Source: an uncultured delta proteobacterium (GTDB lineage Bacteria > Desulfobacterota > Binatia > UBA9968). Taken from it: a DNA stretch of 64,000 nucleotides. This document shows positions 52,464-63,670 of this stretch, in pieces. The position numbers and the translations under genes were made by a program. The stretch is from positions 192,001 through 256,000 of the forward strand of contig CAVSLC010000010.1 of NCBI GenBank assembly GCA_963728565.1, written 5' to 3'. How positions within the stretch are numbered: position 1 is the first letter of the stretch; every line of letters begins with the position of its first letter. The notes under the pieces were generated by a model. It made no database searches, was not told where the DNA came from, and saw only the letters and a program-made list of their open reading frames with translations.

Positions 52464-53105
52464 ATGGTACGAACTCAATTTATCATTGTGCGGCACGGGC
52501 AGACGCAGTGGAATTATCGCGGCGTACGGCAGGGCCATCTCGACAGCGATTTGACGGAAAGAGGCATTGCTCAGGCGAATGCTTTGGCTATTCGATTGAC
52601 GCGCGAACATTTTACACGACTTTACAGCAGTGATCTGGGACGCGCTCTGCGCACCGCTCAAATAATCGCCGCTTCGACCGGTCATGAGATTGTGACCGAT
52701 GCTCGCCTACGCGAGCGGCACCTGGGAATCTTCCAGGGACTTAACGGCGACGAGATCAGAGCGAGGTATCCGCAAGAACACCGGCTGCACCGTTCCGTGG
52801 GCCCGGATTACGTGATTCCCGGCGGTGAAAGCGTGCGGCAGCAGGTCGCGCGCAATGTGGCTTACCTCACAGAACTTGGCCAGAAGCATCCGGGTGAGAC
52901 AGTTGTGGTTGTTACCCATGGAGGGGTGCTGAGCGGCCTCTTCCGCCACACCTTTTCAATTCCGTTCGATGCGCCGCGCCGGTTTGAGTTCACCAACGCG
53001 GGATTGAACGTGTTCAGTTACCGAGAGGGCGACTGGTTCCTGCAGACCTGGGGCGATACCAGCCACCTTTGCGAAGTGGGGACTGTGGACGGCGACGATC
53101 CTTAG
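52464..53105 (+). CDS. Histidine phosphatase (phosphoglycerate mutase family)
   Basis: VRHGQT, SSDLGRA, RERHLG and VTHGG. Confidence 0.9.
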   Translation: MVRTQFIIVRHGQTQWNYRGVRQGHLDSDLTERGIAQANALAIRLTREHFTRLYSSDLGRALRTAQIIAASTGHEIVTDARLRERHLGIFQGLNGDEIRARYPQEHRLHRSVGPDYVIPGGESVRQQVARNVAYLTELGQKHPGETVVVVTHGGVLSGLFRHTFSIPFDAPRRFEFTNAGLNVFSYREGDWFLQTWGDTSHLCEVGTVDGDDP

Positions 53106-53233
53106 GCATGCTGGTGAAAACGTCCAGCTGCTGCGTTCCGCTCGTCCGACTCCGCTTCCGGCGTACAACTCGAGTACGCCTGCGCTCGTTGGACGTCGCG
53201 CGCCTTGCATCTGAGCGTTTTGACCAGCATGCC
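53105..53233. mobile_element. MITE-like palindromic repeat, copy 4
   Basis: GGCATGCTGGTGAAAACG...CGTTTTGACCAGCATGCC. Interior GTACGCC...GCGCCTTGCATCTG is shared with copy 1. Confidence 0.75.
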
Positions 53234-53312
53234 GAGCCATCGTGATGTGTCCGTGGCAAACGTGATCGAGAACTCCGAACGAATACGAACACGCGAGCAC
53301 GAACACGAAAAT

Positions 53313-54773
53313 TTAGACCGCGTTTCTTTTCTCCATCCTCACCGAGAAGCCGGGTCGCTTGATAAAGATTTGATTCGAACCCTTGCGCCGGCTGAGCTGC
53401 TCGATCAGCCTTACCAAAGGCAGATCGCCGTTCAAATAATCGCGCGGTTTGCCGCCGTCCGGCAGCGCATTGACGTAGTCGTCGCCGGCGAAAAAGCGCA
53501 AGATCAACTCTTCATCGGAGAGATGAACGCCTAACTTCTGCCTGACTTCATTCAGGGTGGGTTCGGGTTGTTCCCAATGGGTCCATTCTTTGGCGCGTGG
53601 CCGGCTTAAAATTTTATCTCTGACATCGGGGTCCATGACCTCGACCGCTTCTTTGCCCCAAAACCCCAGCGCATACTGAATCACCTGATCAGGCACCTCT
53701 TTGTAACGCTCTCCGAGAAGCACGTTGATCGCGGCTTGAGTGCCGACGTACTGCGACAGCGGCGTCACCATGATCGGATAGCCGAAATCTTTTCGAACGT
53801 GAGCGGCTTCCTCGAGCGCGGCCTCCATCTTGTGCTCCATGCCGACGATCTTGAGCTGGTGGCGCATGTTGGAGATCATGCCTCCGGGGACTTGATGCAG
53901 ATATTGAGACTCGTCGTACTCGACCGGTTTGCCGATCGGCAAGCCGGATTTTCTGGCCACCGCGGTGAAATGTTTTTCAACGGCTTCAAGCGGTTTCAAA
54001 TCCACCATCGGGGTATAGCCGAGAGCGCGCAGATTATGGGCGATATTGAAGATCGACGGCTGTGACGAGCCGTTGGCCAGCGGCGGCACGGCGGTATGAA
54101 GAATTCTCATGCCGAGCTTGACGCCTTCGAGATAGCAGAGCGGCGCTTGGCCGCTGTTGCAGTGGGCGTGGAACTCGACCGGGATCTTTCCCGCGCTCTT
54201 GAGCACGATCGGGATCAGAGTTCGGGCTCGCTCCGGCGTGAGCAAGCCGCCGACGTCCTTGAAGCAGATCCGCCATGGATTGCTCGCTGCCGCTTCGTTG
54301 GCTTTACGGGCGTAGTATTCGTCGGTGTGACGAGGCGAGACCGAGTAGATCAAGTTGGCCACGGTATCCATGCCGCTTTTCTTTAAGTCGGCGATTTCTT
54401 CTGCGAAGTCGGCGAAGTCGTTCCAGGAGTTCGATGTTCGAGTCAAAGTCAGTCCATAGGAGACTAGCCGTTCGATCAGCAGCTTGAGAATGCAGTGAGG
54501 GGTTTTTTCAAATGCGCTGTGCATGCCGCCGTGATAACGCAGGCGGGTGTTCTTGATGCGCTTGGTGCCTTCGCGCACCCACTCCCATGGATTCTCCTTA
54601 TGCTCGCGCACATACTTCTTGAACATGACGCTCAAGAAGAACTCCATCGATTCGAAGCCGGCCTGGTCCATCTGCTCGGCGATCGGCAGCATTGCGCCGA
54701 CTCGCATATTGAGCGCCCAGAGGCTTTGATTGCCGTCACGCACGGTTGTGTCGATAAAACGAATCTCGCTCAT
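53313..54773 (-). CDS. Pyruvate/oxaloacetate carboxyltransferase (OadA/PycB-like, no biotinyl domain)
   Basis: DTTVRDGNQS, KDVGGL, FHAH, HQVPGGMISN and YPIMVTPLSQ. Confidence 0.85.
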   Translation of the reverse strand: MSEIRFIDTTVRDGNQSLWALNMRVGAMLPIAEQMDQAGFESMEFFLSVMFKKYVREHKENPWEWVREGTKRIKNTRLRYHGGMHSAFEKTPHCILKLLIERLVSYGLTLTRTSNSWNDFADFAEEIADLKKSGMDTVANLIYSVSPRHTDEYYARKANEAAASNPWRICFKDVGGLLTPERARTLIPIVLKSAGKIPVEFHAHCNSGQAPLCYLEGVKLGMRILHTAVPPLANGSSQPSIFNIAHNLRALGYTPMVDLKPLEAVEKHFTAVARKSGLPIGKPVEYDESQYLHQVPGGMISNMRHQLKIVGMEHKMEAALEEAAHVRKDFGYPIMVTPLSQYVGTQAAINVLLGERYKEVPDQVIQYALGFWGKEAVEVMDPDVRDKILSRPRAKEWTHWEQPEPTLNEVRQKLGVHLSDEELILRFFAGDDYVNALPDGGKPRDYLNGDLPLVRLIEQLSRRKGSNQIFIKRPGFSVRMEKRNAV

Positions 54774-54913
54774 CTAACCTCCGGAACACTCACAGTGTGT
54801 TCAAGTCGTTCAAATCGGACCGACAGGTTCGCCGTCGGTGGGTGTACTGATGCTCGTATAGTTTGTATAAATTCTTACAGAATAGATCAAATGGGAAAGC
54901 CGGGAGCGGCTCT

Positions 54914-55333
54914 ATGAAAAGCTATCGCAAGGAACTGTGGTTTGATACGCCGACCCGGGTCGCGTTCGTTAATATCACGGGGCAGGTGCAGGAATGCATT
55001 CGAAAAAGCGGGGTCAACGACGGTTTGGTCCTGGTGAACGCCATGCATATCACCGCTTCGGTGTTCATCAACGATGACGAATCAGGCCTGCACCACGACT
55101 ACGGTGTGTGGCTGGAAAAATTGGCGCCGCACGAACCGCTCGAACAGTACCGTCATAACGATACCGGCGAAGACAATGCCGACGCGCACATCAAGCGGCA
55201 GGTGATGGGCCGGGAGGTGGTCGTCGCCGTCACCGACGGCCGTTTGGATTTCGGTCCATGGGAGCAGATCTTCTATGGCGAGTTCGACGGCAAACGGCGC
55301 AAACGGGTGCTGGTAAAGATTATCGGCGAGTAG
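54914..55333 (+). CDS. yjbQ: YjbQ family (secondary thiamine-phosphate synthase)
   Basis: [18 protein letters not shown] and [13 protein letters not shown]. Confidence 0.88.
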   Translation: MKSYRKELWFDTPTRVAFVNITGQVQECIRKSGVNDGLVLVNAMHITASVFINDDESGLHHDYGVWLEKLAPHEPLEQYRHNDTGEDNADAHIKRQVMGREVVVAVTDGRLDFGPWEQIFYGEFDGKRRKRVLVKIIGE

Positions 55334-55346
55334 GAGACGATACTCC

Positions 55347-56228
55347 TCATTTGCCAAACCGCCGCGGTTCGATATTTTCGCCGACATCGAATCGCATCAG
55401 GTCTTCTCCGACGAGCAGCGGACCGGAATACCGCTTGCGCGTGGCCGGGATCAAATCGTCGGCCCTGGCGCCGCCGAAAAGCAAGAGATGGTTGTAGACC
55501 GCGAGTTTCGGTTTGATCCGAGCGAAAACCTCACCGGCCTGCTCCGGAGTGGTATGATTGCTGCCGATCCGTTTGAGTTGCGCGGGACTCTCGGCGGCAG
55601 CGCCGCTAACGGCAGTGACTTCGTGAACGACCAGATCGGCGCCCTGCCCATGGTCGATTAGATTTTCATTGAAAGTCGTGTCTCCGGACAGCACGGCGGA
55701 ATGTCCTCGATAATCGATCCGATATCCGAAAGCAGGCAACTCTTCGCCGCCATGATCCACTTCGAATGCACTTATGGTGATGCCGTTATGCGAATAAACA
55801 ACTCCTTCTTCAATCTCCTCCGAATCGAGTTTGGCGCCGGCCATGGGATAGCTTCTGCTGCGCACGCGCAGATCTACTGCGAAGGCCAACGGTAGATGTT
55901 CCATCATCTGGTTTGTCCCTCGAGGACCCCACACCCGAAGAGGGGTTTGTCGGTTCCCCCAGGGCCGGCCGATCCAGCCGGTCAGCCAGAGATCGACAAA
56001 ACCTACGACATGATCGGAGTGATGGTGTGTGAGCAACAAACCGGTGATATCGGCAAACGGGATGCCAAGTTGGTGCAGCCGCTGCATGGCGCCGCGCCCG
56101 GCATCGAAGATAAATTTTTGCTCTCCGGCTTCGATCAAGGTGCTCGGCCCGAAGCGGCCTAAGAGCGGCGGCGGCGCTCCGGTTCCGAGCAAAGTCACAC
56201 GGAACAAATCTGGAACAGGTTCTACCAT
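55347..56228 (-). CDS. MBL-fold hydrolase, RNase Z/arylsulfatase-like
   Basis: LLGTGAP, THHHSDH, SGDT and HTTPEQAG. Confidence 0.85.
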   Translation of the reverse strand: MVEPVPDLFRVTLLGTGAPPPLLGRFGPSTLIEAGEQKFIFDAGRGAMQRLHQLGIPFADITGLLLTHHHSDHVVGFVDLWLTGWIGRPWGNRQTPLRVWGPRGTNQMMEHLPLAFAVDLRVRSRSYPMAGAKLDSEEIEEGVVYSHNGITISAFEVDHGGEELPAFGYRIDYRGHSAVLSGDTTFNENLIDHGQGADLVVHEVTAVSGAAAESPAQLKRIGSNHTTPEQAGEVFARIKPKLAVYNHLLLFGGARADDLIPATRKRYSGPLLVGEDLMRFDVGENIEPRRFGK

Positions 56229-56339
56229 ATTTCCTCGCGAGATGATTATCGCAGCGGAGACGACGATGCCAGTCAATCTATCATCGACAGAAAGATTTGC
56301 GCAATTGACCCGGATCAGGCCGGCCGGTATCGTTGATCA

Positions 56340-57632
56340 GTGAAAAAAAGATCCAATAGCGACTCATCGCCAGGGAACCGGCGATCCGAGAGCCATGGGG
56401 AATCATTCAAGAGACAGCGCGATTCCCGATTCAAACCGGTGCAGCCACGCGAGCGCCAGGCGCCGGCGGAGCGGCCGTACGAGTCTCCGTGCCCGCACTA
56501 TCCGAACTGCATCGGCTGTCCTTTGAGTCATGTTCCTTATCCGGAGCAGCTGCTCAAAAAACGCGATATCGTCAGCGCCGCGCTGGCGAACTACCCCTTG
56601 CTCGCTCATGCCGAAGTACCCTCGGTGATGGCGGCGCCGCACCGGCTGGGTTATCGGGCGCGCATAAAACTAGTCGTGCGCAGCAGCCGTGGCGAAATCG
56701 CGATCGGCCTTTATGTGCCGGGTAGCCATCGGGTGATTGATATTTCTTCGTGCCCGGTACATCCCCGGCCCGTCAATCAGGTACTTCAATATCTAAAGAA
56801 AAAGATTCTGGAGCTGGGTATCGAGCCCTATGACGAAAGAGACGACAGCGGACAATTGCGCTATCTCGACTTCCGCTACAGCTTTGGCCAGCGGGAGTTG
56901 AGCGTTACCTTGGTGACGCGCCACCGCGACTTTCCTCAAGGAGGCGCACTGGCCCGGTCGTTGACTCGTAAATTTTCTTTCATCAATGGCGTGATCCAGA
57001 ACGTTAACCAAGAGCGCGGTAACGTGATCTGGGGAGACCACTACCGGACCATCTCCGGTCGCGACACCTTGCTCGATCAGGTTGGCCCGTTGACTCTTGG
57101 ATTTCCCGCCGGGGTATTTTCACAAGCAAATCCATCCACCGCGAAACGACTCTACGACATGGTAGTCGAAATGGCAGAGTTAAAGAGTGTCGAGACGGTG
57201 CTCGATCTCTATTGCGGCGTCGGACCGATCTCGCTCTATTTGGCCGGCGCTGCTCGTCTGGTTTGGGGAGTCGATGAAAACGCGCTGGCGATCGACACGG
57301 CCAAACAGAATGCGCGCAGAAATGGCATATCGAACTGCCGTTTTTTCGAGGGTGATGTGGCAGAAAAACTGGGCGAGGCAAAAAAAACTCTCGGTGAAAT
57401 CGATCTGGTCGTGCTCAACCCGCCGCGTAAGGGCGTTCAGCCGGCGGCGATGGAAGCGACCATCGCCGTGAATGCTCCTAAGTTGATCTACGTATCGTGC
57501 AACCCGAACAGCCTGGCGCGCGACCTCGGCAAATTGGTCGGGCAAAATTATCGCCTACGGCGGCTCCAGCCCTTTGATATGTTCCCGCAAACCGAGCAAG
57601 TGGAAACAGTCGTGTTGCTCGAGAAAAGTTAA
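56340..57632 (+). CDS. rlmD: 23S rRNA m5U1939 methyltransferase RlmD
   Basis: CPHYPNCIGC Fe-S motif, FSQAN, DLYCGVG, NPPRKG, YVSCNP and DMFPQT. Confidence 0.9.
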   Translation: MKKRSNSDSSPGNRRSESHGESFKRQRDSRFKPVQPRERQAPAERPYESPCPHYPNCIGCPLSHVPYPEQLLKKRDIVSAALANYPLLAHAEVPSVMAAPHRLGYRARIKLVVRSSRGEIAIGLYVPGSHRVIDISSCPVHPRPVNQVLQYLKKKILELGIEPYDERDDSGQLRYLDFRYSFGQRELSVTLVTRHRDFPQGGALARSLTRKFSFINGVIQNVNQERGNVIWGDHYRTISGRDTLLDQVGPLTLGFPAGVFSQANPSTAKRLYDMVVEMAELKSVETVLDLYCGVGPISLYLAGAARLVWGVDENALAIDTAKQNARRNGISNCRFFEGDVAEKLGEAKKTLGEIDLVVLNPPRKGVQPAAMEATIAVNAPKLIYVSCNPNSLARDLGKLVGQNYRLRRLQPFDMFPQTEQVETVVLLEKS

Positions 57633-57695
57633 CCGTACTTGCAAAATCTCAGTTCGTTGTGATTCTATTGCTCAATTGATTGGCGGGAGGTGCTT

Positions 57696-58139
57696 ATGGC
57701 TGAATTGAAAGTTGACGGTGTGGTCCACTGGTCGATTCCGGTGAACAATCTGGAGGAAGCCGAGAAATTTTATGGCGAGCTTCTTGGATTGGAACCAAGG
57801 GGACGTTTGGGCGGGTCGGGGATGTCCTGCTTTAAAGCCGGTGATCACAACATTCTTCTCTGCGTCCGCAACGACGCAACCGTCCGAACTCCGCAACAAG
57901 ACAATCGGCTTCATCACGCATTTATGGTAAGTCCGGAAATGTGGGAAAGAGGATGCCGGGTGTTTCACGAAAATGGCGTGAAGATCGCTGAGCCGATCGT
58001 GTATCGGGAGAAAGGTCATTTCACCGGTCGCGAATTATACTTCCTCGATCCGAGCGGCAATATGTTGGAGCTGTGTGATCCGACTTGGAAGCCTGGGATG
58101 CCGGCGCCGACCTATGAGGAAATAGTCGGGGCGAACTGA
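57696..58139 (+). CDS. VOC/glyoxalase family protein
   Basis: VHWSIPV, HHAF and YFLDPSGNMLE. Confidence 0.85.
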   Translation: MAELKVDGVVHWSIPVNNLEEAEKFYGELLGLEPRGRLGGSGMSCFKAGDHNILLCVRNDATVRTPQQDNRLHHAFMVSPEMWERGCRVFHENGVKIAEPIVYREKGHFTGRELYFLDPSGNMLELCDPTWKPGMPAPTYEEIVGAN

Positions 58140-58230
58140 ATAACTGAGTTTCTATCGGCCGAAGAGAAACGTATTTTGTTCAAAACTGGTCAAGTTCAAC
58201 CTTGACATTTGCACGTTGGAACCATCCTCC

Positions 58231-59556
58231 TCAAGGCGCGTCGGAGCGATACCACCACAGTTGCGGAATCGCCCAGCAAACAGCCAGAATGGTTAGCGTG
58301 CAAAGTATGCAGCCCACCAGCGCGGCGTTGGGCGCGCCAAGCAGCGCCGCTCCGGCACCGGCAATGACTGCTCCAAGGGCGTTGGTGGTTTGGGCGAAGA
58401 CCGTCAAAAAACTGGTGGCGCGGCCGCGCATATCGTCGGGCGCGAGTATCTGCACCACCGTGCGGCGCATGGTCACGCTGATGGCGTCAGCTAATCCCAA
58501 AACACCGACCGCTATCAAACCAAGCCAAAACCATCTCGACAATCCCAAAAAACCCAAGCTCAACGCGAAGAGCAATGTCGCGGCAATCGACAGCGCTCCT
58601 TTACGCTTTATGTCTCCGATTGCGAGCAACATGCCGGAGCCGATAAGAGCTCCGATTGCCGGCGCGGCATAGAGGGCGCCGAGTCCTCGGGCGCCGACTT
58701 GGTAAACGTCATCGGCGAATATCGGCAGTATCGGACGATAAAAACCGAACAGCACGGCGAAGAAGTCCAAGAGAAACAGCGACAGGATGATGCGTGTATG
58801 GTAGAGGAACTCAAAACCCTCTATCAGGCTGCGCCAGCTTACTTGTCGCCGCGCGCCTTGTGGTTGCCCTGAACTGCGTACCAGCAAAACACAACAGATC
58901 GCCGGCACCAGCAACAAAGCATCGGCGATATAGGAAGCGTCCAAGCCGAAGAAATCGATCAGGAACCCGGCAAACACCGGCGCGGTTAGCTGGGTTCCCT
59001 GCATCATCAGGGTTGACAAAGTCACTGCGTTTAGAAGATAGGATTGCGGCACCAGGCTAGGGATGATCGCCTGGCGCGCCGGACCGCCGAGCACCTGTAG
59101 CGATGAGGTGACGACATTAAGAGTATTGATGTGCCAAACCTGGACCACGCCGCTGAGGGTCAATAGCCCGAGGGCCAAACCCGGCAGCAAGTTGATTGCG
59201 GCGGTGAATAGGATCAGTTTCTTACGATTGTAAGTGTCGGCAAGCACGCCGCCGAATAGCCCGAAGAAAATAAACGGCACGGCCTGAAAAAATCCCGCCA
59301 AACCAAGCTGCACCGAAGATCCTGACAATTGATAGACCTGGTACAAGCTCGCCACGTTGCGCATATGCATCGAAGTGTTGGTACACAGGATTGTGATGAA
59401 AATCAGGCGATAGTCCCGAATCAGGAGAGACGACCAGGGTCGGATGCGCGCCGCGGGGTCATTGGCGCCGTTTGTTTCTGAGTCTATTGTCACCGGGAAT
59501 GGAAGACGAGTGATGGAATGTGATGGCAATGTAGCTGTTGCCGGAGCAGTCGTCAA
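58231..59556 (-). CDS. MFS transporter (EntS/DHA3-like)
   Basis: GVLADTYNRK, PARQAIIP, PDDMRGR and about 12 TM helices. Confidence 0.88.
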   Translation of the reverse strand: MTTAPATATLPSHSITRLPFPVTIDSETNGANDPAARIRPWSSLLIRDYRLIFITILCTNTSMHMRNVASLYQVYQLSGSSVQLGLAGFFQAVPFIFFGLFGGVLADTYNRKKLILFTAAINLLPGLALGLLTLSGVVQVWHINTLNVVTSSLQVLGGPARQAIIPSLVPQSYLLNAVTLSTLMMQGTQLTAPVFAGFLIDFFGLDASYIADALLLVPAICCVLLVRSSGQPQGARRQVSWRSLIEGFEFLYHTRIILSLFLLDFFAVLFGFYRPILPIFADDVYQVGARGLGALYAAPAIGALIGSGMLLAIGDIKRKGALSIAATLLFALSLGFLGLSRWFWLGLIAVGVLGLADAISVTMRRTVVQILAPDDMRGRATSFLTVFAQTTNALGAVIAGAGAALLGAPNAALVGCILCTLTILAVCWAIPQLWWYRSDAP

Positions 59557-59646
59557 CTTTATGATTCACCTTCGAAGTTTTCCGCTTGACGTTTTACCGG
59601 CATCTCCATTAGCTTTGCACGTCAAGATTGGACGGAGGGCCGCTTA

Positions 59647-60669
59647 ATGAAAAAGCTGATAACGAGCACAGCAATGATTGTCTGCATATTCTTTTTTATC
59701 GGGGCTGCAGCGGCCCAGAATAACTTCTATGAGGGGAAAACCATCCGCATCATCGTCGGGTTCTCGCCCGGCGGCGGTTACGATGCTCTGGCGCGGATGC
59801 TTTCACGGCACATGCCCAAGTATATCCCCGGCAATCCGACCATTGTCGTGGAGAACATGACCGGCGCTGGGAGCCTGCTCGCCGCCAATCATATTTTTAA
59901 AGTCGCCAAGCCGGATGGTTTGACGTTCGGTCACTTCAGCGGCGGCTTCGCTTTCAATCAAGTCATGGGTCAGCCTGGTATCGAGTTCGACGCCCGCAAG
60001 TTTGTTTTTGTCGGCGCGGTGGCGCGAGACGAGAGCGCTATCGCCTTAACCAAAGCAAGCGGCATCAACAATATGGAACAATGGATCGCGGCCAAGACGC
60101 CGGTGAAGATGGGCACCACGGGGCCGGGCGCGTTCGGCACCGACAACGTAATCAAAGTCATCAAGGCCGCGCTGAATCTGCCGATCCAAATCATCTCCGG
60201 ATTCAAAGGCACAGCGGAGATGCGTCTGGCTGCCGAGAGCGGTGAGATCGACGGCACGACCTGGGGCTGGGACACCATGCGAGGGGCGTGGCAGAACGCG
60301 ATCGAGTCAGGCACGGTGCTGATCGTGCTGCAGACCGTACCCAAACCATTTCCGGATCTGCCGCGCGTGCCGTTAGCCATCGATCTGGCGAAGACGCCGG
60401 AAGCGAAACAGCTGATTGAAGTGGGCATCCATTATCCGAGCAAGATTACCAAAACTCTCGCCCTGCCTCCGGGCACGCCTGGCGAGCGCGCGCAGATCCT
60501 GCAAAAAGCCTTGCAGGAGACTGTTAAGGATAAGGAATTCATCGCGGAAGCAGAGAAGGCGAAGCTGGGATTGGCGCCCGTGACAGCCGAGGAAATGAAA
60601 ACCACGGTGGACGGGATCTTCAAGTTGGACGCCGGCATCCTGGCAAAGCTGAAGACCATTCTTTTTTAA
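59647..60669 (+). CDS. TctC/Bug family binding protein
   Basis: FYEGKTIRIIVGFSPGGGYD and ENMTGAGS. Confidence 0.88.
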   Translation: MKKLITSTAMIVCIFFFIGAAAAQNNFYEGKTIRIIVGFSPGGGYDALARMLSRHMPKYIPGNPTIVVENMTGAGSLLAANHIFKVAKPDGLTFGHFSGGFAFNQVMGQPGIEFDARKFVFVGAVARDESAIALTKASGINNMEQWIAAKTPVKMGTTGPGAFGTDNVIKVIKAALNLPIQIISGFKGTAEMRLAAESGEIDGTTWGWDTMRGAWQNAIESGTVLIVLQTVPKPFPDLPRVPLAIDLAKTPEAKQLIEVGIHYPSKITKTLALPPGTPGERAQILQKALQETVKDKEFIAEAEKAKLGLAPVTAEEMKTTVDGIFKLDAGILAKLKTILF

Positions 60670-60760
60670 ATTCCGCCGCCGCACCAGAGCGTTTGGATTG
60701 TATCCGCCGCGATAATCTGTCGATTAACCAGCTAATTTTTGCAGAACGGGAGAAACTCCT

Positions 60761-61906
60761 ATGCGCGTCATCGATTCGGATGGGCATTTCCATGAGCCGC
60801 ACTACTTATTCGAAGAATATATCGAGAAGGAATATTGGGGAAAGCGGCCGCGCGTGGTCAGAATCCAAGGTCATTCTATGGAAGAGGGACGTTGGGCGGT
60901 GGAGGGAAAGGTCGTGCCGCGAATACCCCTGTCCAAAGGCGTCGGCGCCGGCGGCTTCCTATACTTATCGCCCCGGCACAAACAGATGCACATGAAGGAC
61001 AGTTCGCTCGACGATGTCGCCGGTCGTGTCAAAGACCTAGGGCTCCTGGGGGTCGATGTTCAGATCGTTTATCCCACGGCTTTCGCCTTTGTCTCGGACG
61101 TGGAGGATAAGGGTTTGGCCGCGGCGATTTGCCGAGCCCACAATAACTATGTCGCCGAACGGTGCAGGCAAGCGCCCGATCAGCTCAAGGGTATTGCGCT
61201 GGTGCCGATACAAGATCCGCCCGCCGCCGTCGAGGAGATGCGTCGAGCGGTGCAGGATCTAGGTTTGGTGGCCGCGACCATTCCCGGCATGGTTGGCGAG
61301 CGCCCGCTTCATTCGCCGGAGTTCTATCCGTTCTTCAAGGCTGCCAACGATCTGGATTGTCCCATTGGATTTCACGCGGTGACGGGGATGCATTATACGC
61401 CGTGGGCGGATTGCTTCACCGATTTCTTTTCGACCCATATCACGTGTATGCCGTTCTCCATGATGGTGGCTCTCATGTCCGTGACGCAGATGGGAATCAT
61501 GGCTGAGTTTCCCAAACTTCGCTGCGCCTTCTTGGAAATTGACGGCACCTGGCTGCACTACTGGGCAAGATGGGTGAACAAGCACGTCTCCGACGCAAAA
61601 CGGGTTAGCGCCGGACATCACCTGGAGAAGGGCTGGGGCGAATCGCCCTATCTGCTTGCGGAAACCACGAGAGATCCGATGGAATACATCAAGTCGGGCC
61701 GCTTTCTCACCGGCTACGATGAGCATGAAGACTTGAGATATCTGATCGATCGGTTAGGCGCCAAAACTTTCATGTATGCCAGTGACTATCCGCACAGCGA
61801 TACGGAGTGGGAACGTGTTCCCAGTACCAAAGCGTTAGAAAGCATAAGCGCCGAGGAAAAGAGCGCCATCTTAGGCGAAAATGCGGCGCGATTTTATAAG
61901 ATCTGA
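60761..61906 (+). CDS. Amidohydrolase_2 family protein
   Basis: VIDSDGH, PIGFH, YASDYPH and LGENAARFY. Confidence 0.88.
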   Translation: MRVIDSDGHFHEPHYLFEEYIEKEYWGKRPRVVRIQGHSMEEGRWAVEGKVVPRIPLSKGVGAGGFLYLSPRHKQMHMKDSSLDDVAGRVKDLGLLGVDVQIVYPTAFAFVSDVEDKGLAAAICRAHNNYVAERCRQAPDQLKGIALVPIQDPPAAVEEMRRAVQDLGLVAATIPGMVGERPLHSPEFYPFFKAANDLDCPIGFHAVTGMHYTPWADCFTDFFSTHITCMPFSMMVALMSVTQMGIMAEFPKLRCAFLEIDGTWLHYWARWVNKHVSDAKRVSAGHHLEKGWGESPYLLAETTRDPMEYIKSGRFLTGYDEHEDLRYLIDRLGAKTFMYASDYPHSDTEWERVPSTKALESISAEEKSAILGENAARFYKI

Positions 61907-61952
61907 ATTAGTTCTAAAGCTTTTCGCAGCTTGTCGCCATTTAGGAGGCGTA

Positions 61953-62300
61953 ATGAGAAAGCGATCGATGCCGCCATCTTCATTTCTATTTGGTTGATCT
62001 CGGGACAACCGGGTTTCGCGCAGGATTCCAAGCTCAGTGCGGAGGCAAAAAAAGAGGGCGGTAAGGTCGTGGTTTACAGCTCAATCGAGACGAGTATCGT
62101 CGAGAGTGTGGGGCGCGCTTTAAGAACAAGACCGGTATTGAATGGAATTTTGACGCGGGTCTTCGACGAAAGTCATGGATCGAGCGTTCAACGAGCACCG
62201 CGCCGGGAGGCCATTAGCCGACGTAGTAGTCACCATTGCCGGTCCGATCCTGGTCATGGAGCGCGAGGGCGTCTTTGCCAAGTATGACTCGCCCGGCGGC
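61953..62300 (+). pseudogene. Truncated, frameshifted extracellular solute-binding protein
   Basis: AGGAGG RBS; AKKEGGKVVVYSSIE ... HRAGRPLADVV...FAKYDSP across frames, then unrelated sequence. Confidence 0.7.
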
Positions 62301-62591
62301 GGCCGCTTATTCGAAGGGTTGATCGATCCCAATGAGGTATCTATCCACCGCTACCGGACGCCGACAAAATTTCAGTTCCTCGGGACGGACGAGTTAGACA
62401 CCGAGGCTTACGCCGAAAAGAAGAAGGAGTCTCGGAGAATTTTTCTTCGGTAAACAGGAAGCGGACCCAGGTCAAGGAATTCTGCTGATCGATACAGGAA
62501 ACGGAAAAAGCAAACCGGTATGATTCCTATGGCGCGAATCGAAGATGCCGAAAAGTCTAGCCGAAAGTAACAGAACAATTTTGCGAACCAA

Positions 62592-63371
62592 TTAGCTCCG
62601 CAGCCACACACGCAGGCCGTCTACTTTTGTCTCGGCGTACCCGAGACCGCCAACGAAATTCGCATAAACGCCGATATGACCCGATTGAACCCGATCCAGG
62701 GGAAAAGGCCCGCCGGGCAGGTTCATTCCATTCCAATAGAGTTCAGCTTTGCCGTCGTATACTGCGATAGCGATTTTTTGCCAGCCGCTGCTTTGCGGCG
62801 CTCCCCCGGGGATCTCCTCTCCTCTCCAGCGCTTAAGATACTCCGGAAAGTGATTGGTTTCCCTTCCCACGTAAGCTAGCGATAGCGCCGGTTCCGCTCC
62901 CATAAACTGAGTAGCCAGGCGATAGAAGTTGCCTGAGACGGTATCGATACGAAAAGCGATGCCATTGAGTGGACCCTTCTCGCCACGAGTGACCTGAGCG
63001 TGAATCCACGCTTCTAGGTAGAAATCCGATAGCGAGTTTGTCGAGACATAAGAGAGTGCAGCGAAGCCGCCAGCATTCTTGTTATCCAACACACCGACCC
63101 CAGGCTCGCCTTCGGGTGATGTTTCATCGATGGTGCCTCGCAAATTGTCCTGATTAAAATTGGGATAGGGCAACCAATCGAGTTCAGGCGTGCCGTTCCT
63201 AAAACTGTCTCTAATCGAGGCTTCACCTGAGTGCATCGTATTCCGCCATGCCGCAATGGGCGTCAACGCCGCGCAGCTTAAGAGCAGTGGTAGCACAATC
63301 CAGATGACGCTCCGAAGCCGCCAAAGACTCATAGGTAAATATTGAAGAGCACGGGTGAACGCTTTGAACAA
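62592..63371 (-). CDS. Hypothetical lipoprotein, beta-sandwich/concanavalin-like
   Basis: Lipobox LLLSC; GIAFR, WQKIAIAV and SGHIGVY. The start may be 63332. Confidence 0.6.
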   Translation of the reverse strand: MFKAFTRALQYLPMSLWRLRSVIWIVLPLLLSCAALTPIAAWRNTMHSGEASIRDSFRNGTPELDWLPYPNFNQDNLRGTIDETSPEGEPGVGVLDNKNAGGFAALSYVSTNSLSDFYLEAWIHAQVTRGEKGPLNGIAFRIDTVSGNFYRLATQFMGAEPALSLAYVGRETNHFPEYLKRWRGEEIPGGAPQSSGWQKIAIAVYDGKAELYWNGMNLPGGPFPLDRVQSGHIGVYANFVGGLGYAETKVDGLRVWLRS

Positions 63372-63670
63372 GTCAGATGACTACCTTATGCTTAGCCTGT
63401 CTGGAGCAGTCTGACAACTCGGGGAGCTACTTCATCCGTTTAGGATTAAATCCTCAGCATTAAAGCTTTTTGGCGCGCGTGGAAAATTGCCATTTTATCC
63501 AACGCCGCCGCTCTGGATTCTGGGTGCATCACTCTGCGTGAGGCTCGGCGCCCGTCCGGTGATCTCACAACGAGTATCCTCTGACATCGAAAGCCGGACG
63601 GGTTGTGTGGCGGCATAGTCAAACAGAGTGCCGATAGGACGACTGGTAAGAATCCGATGTTCACAGAAGC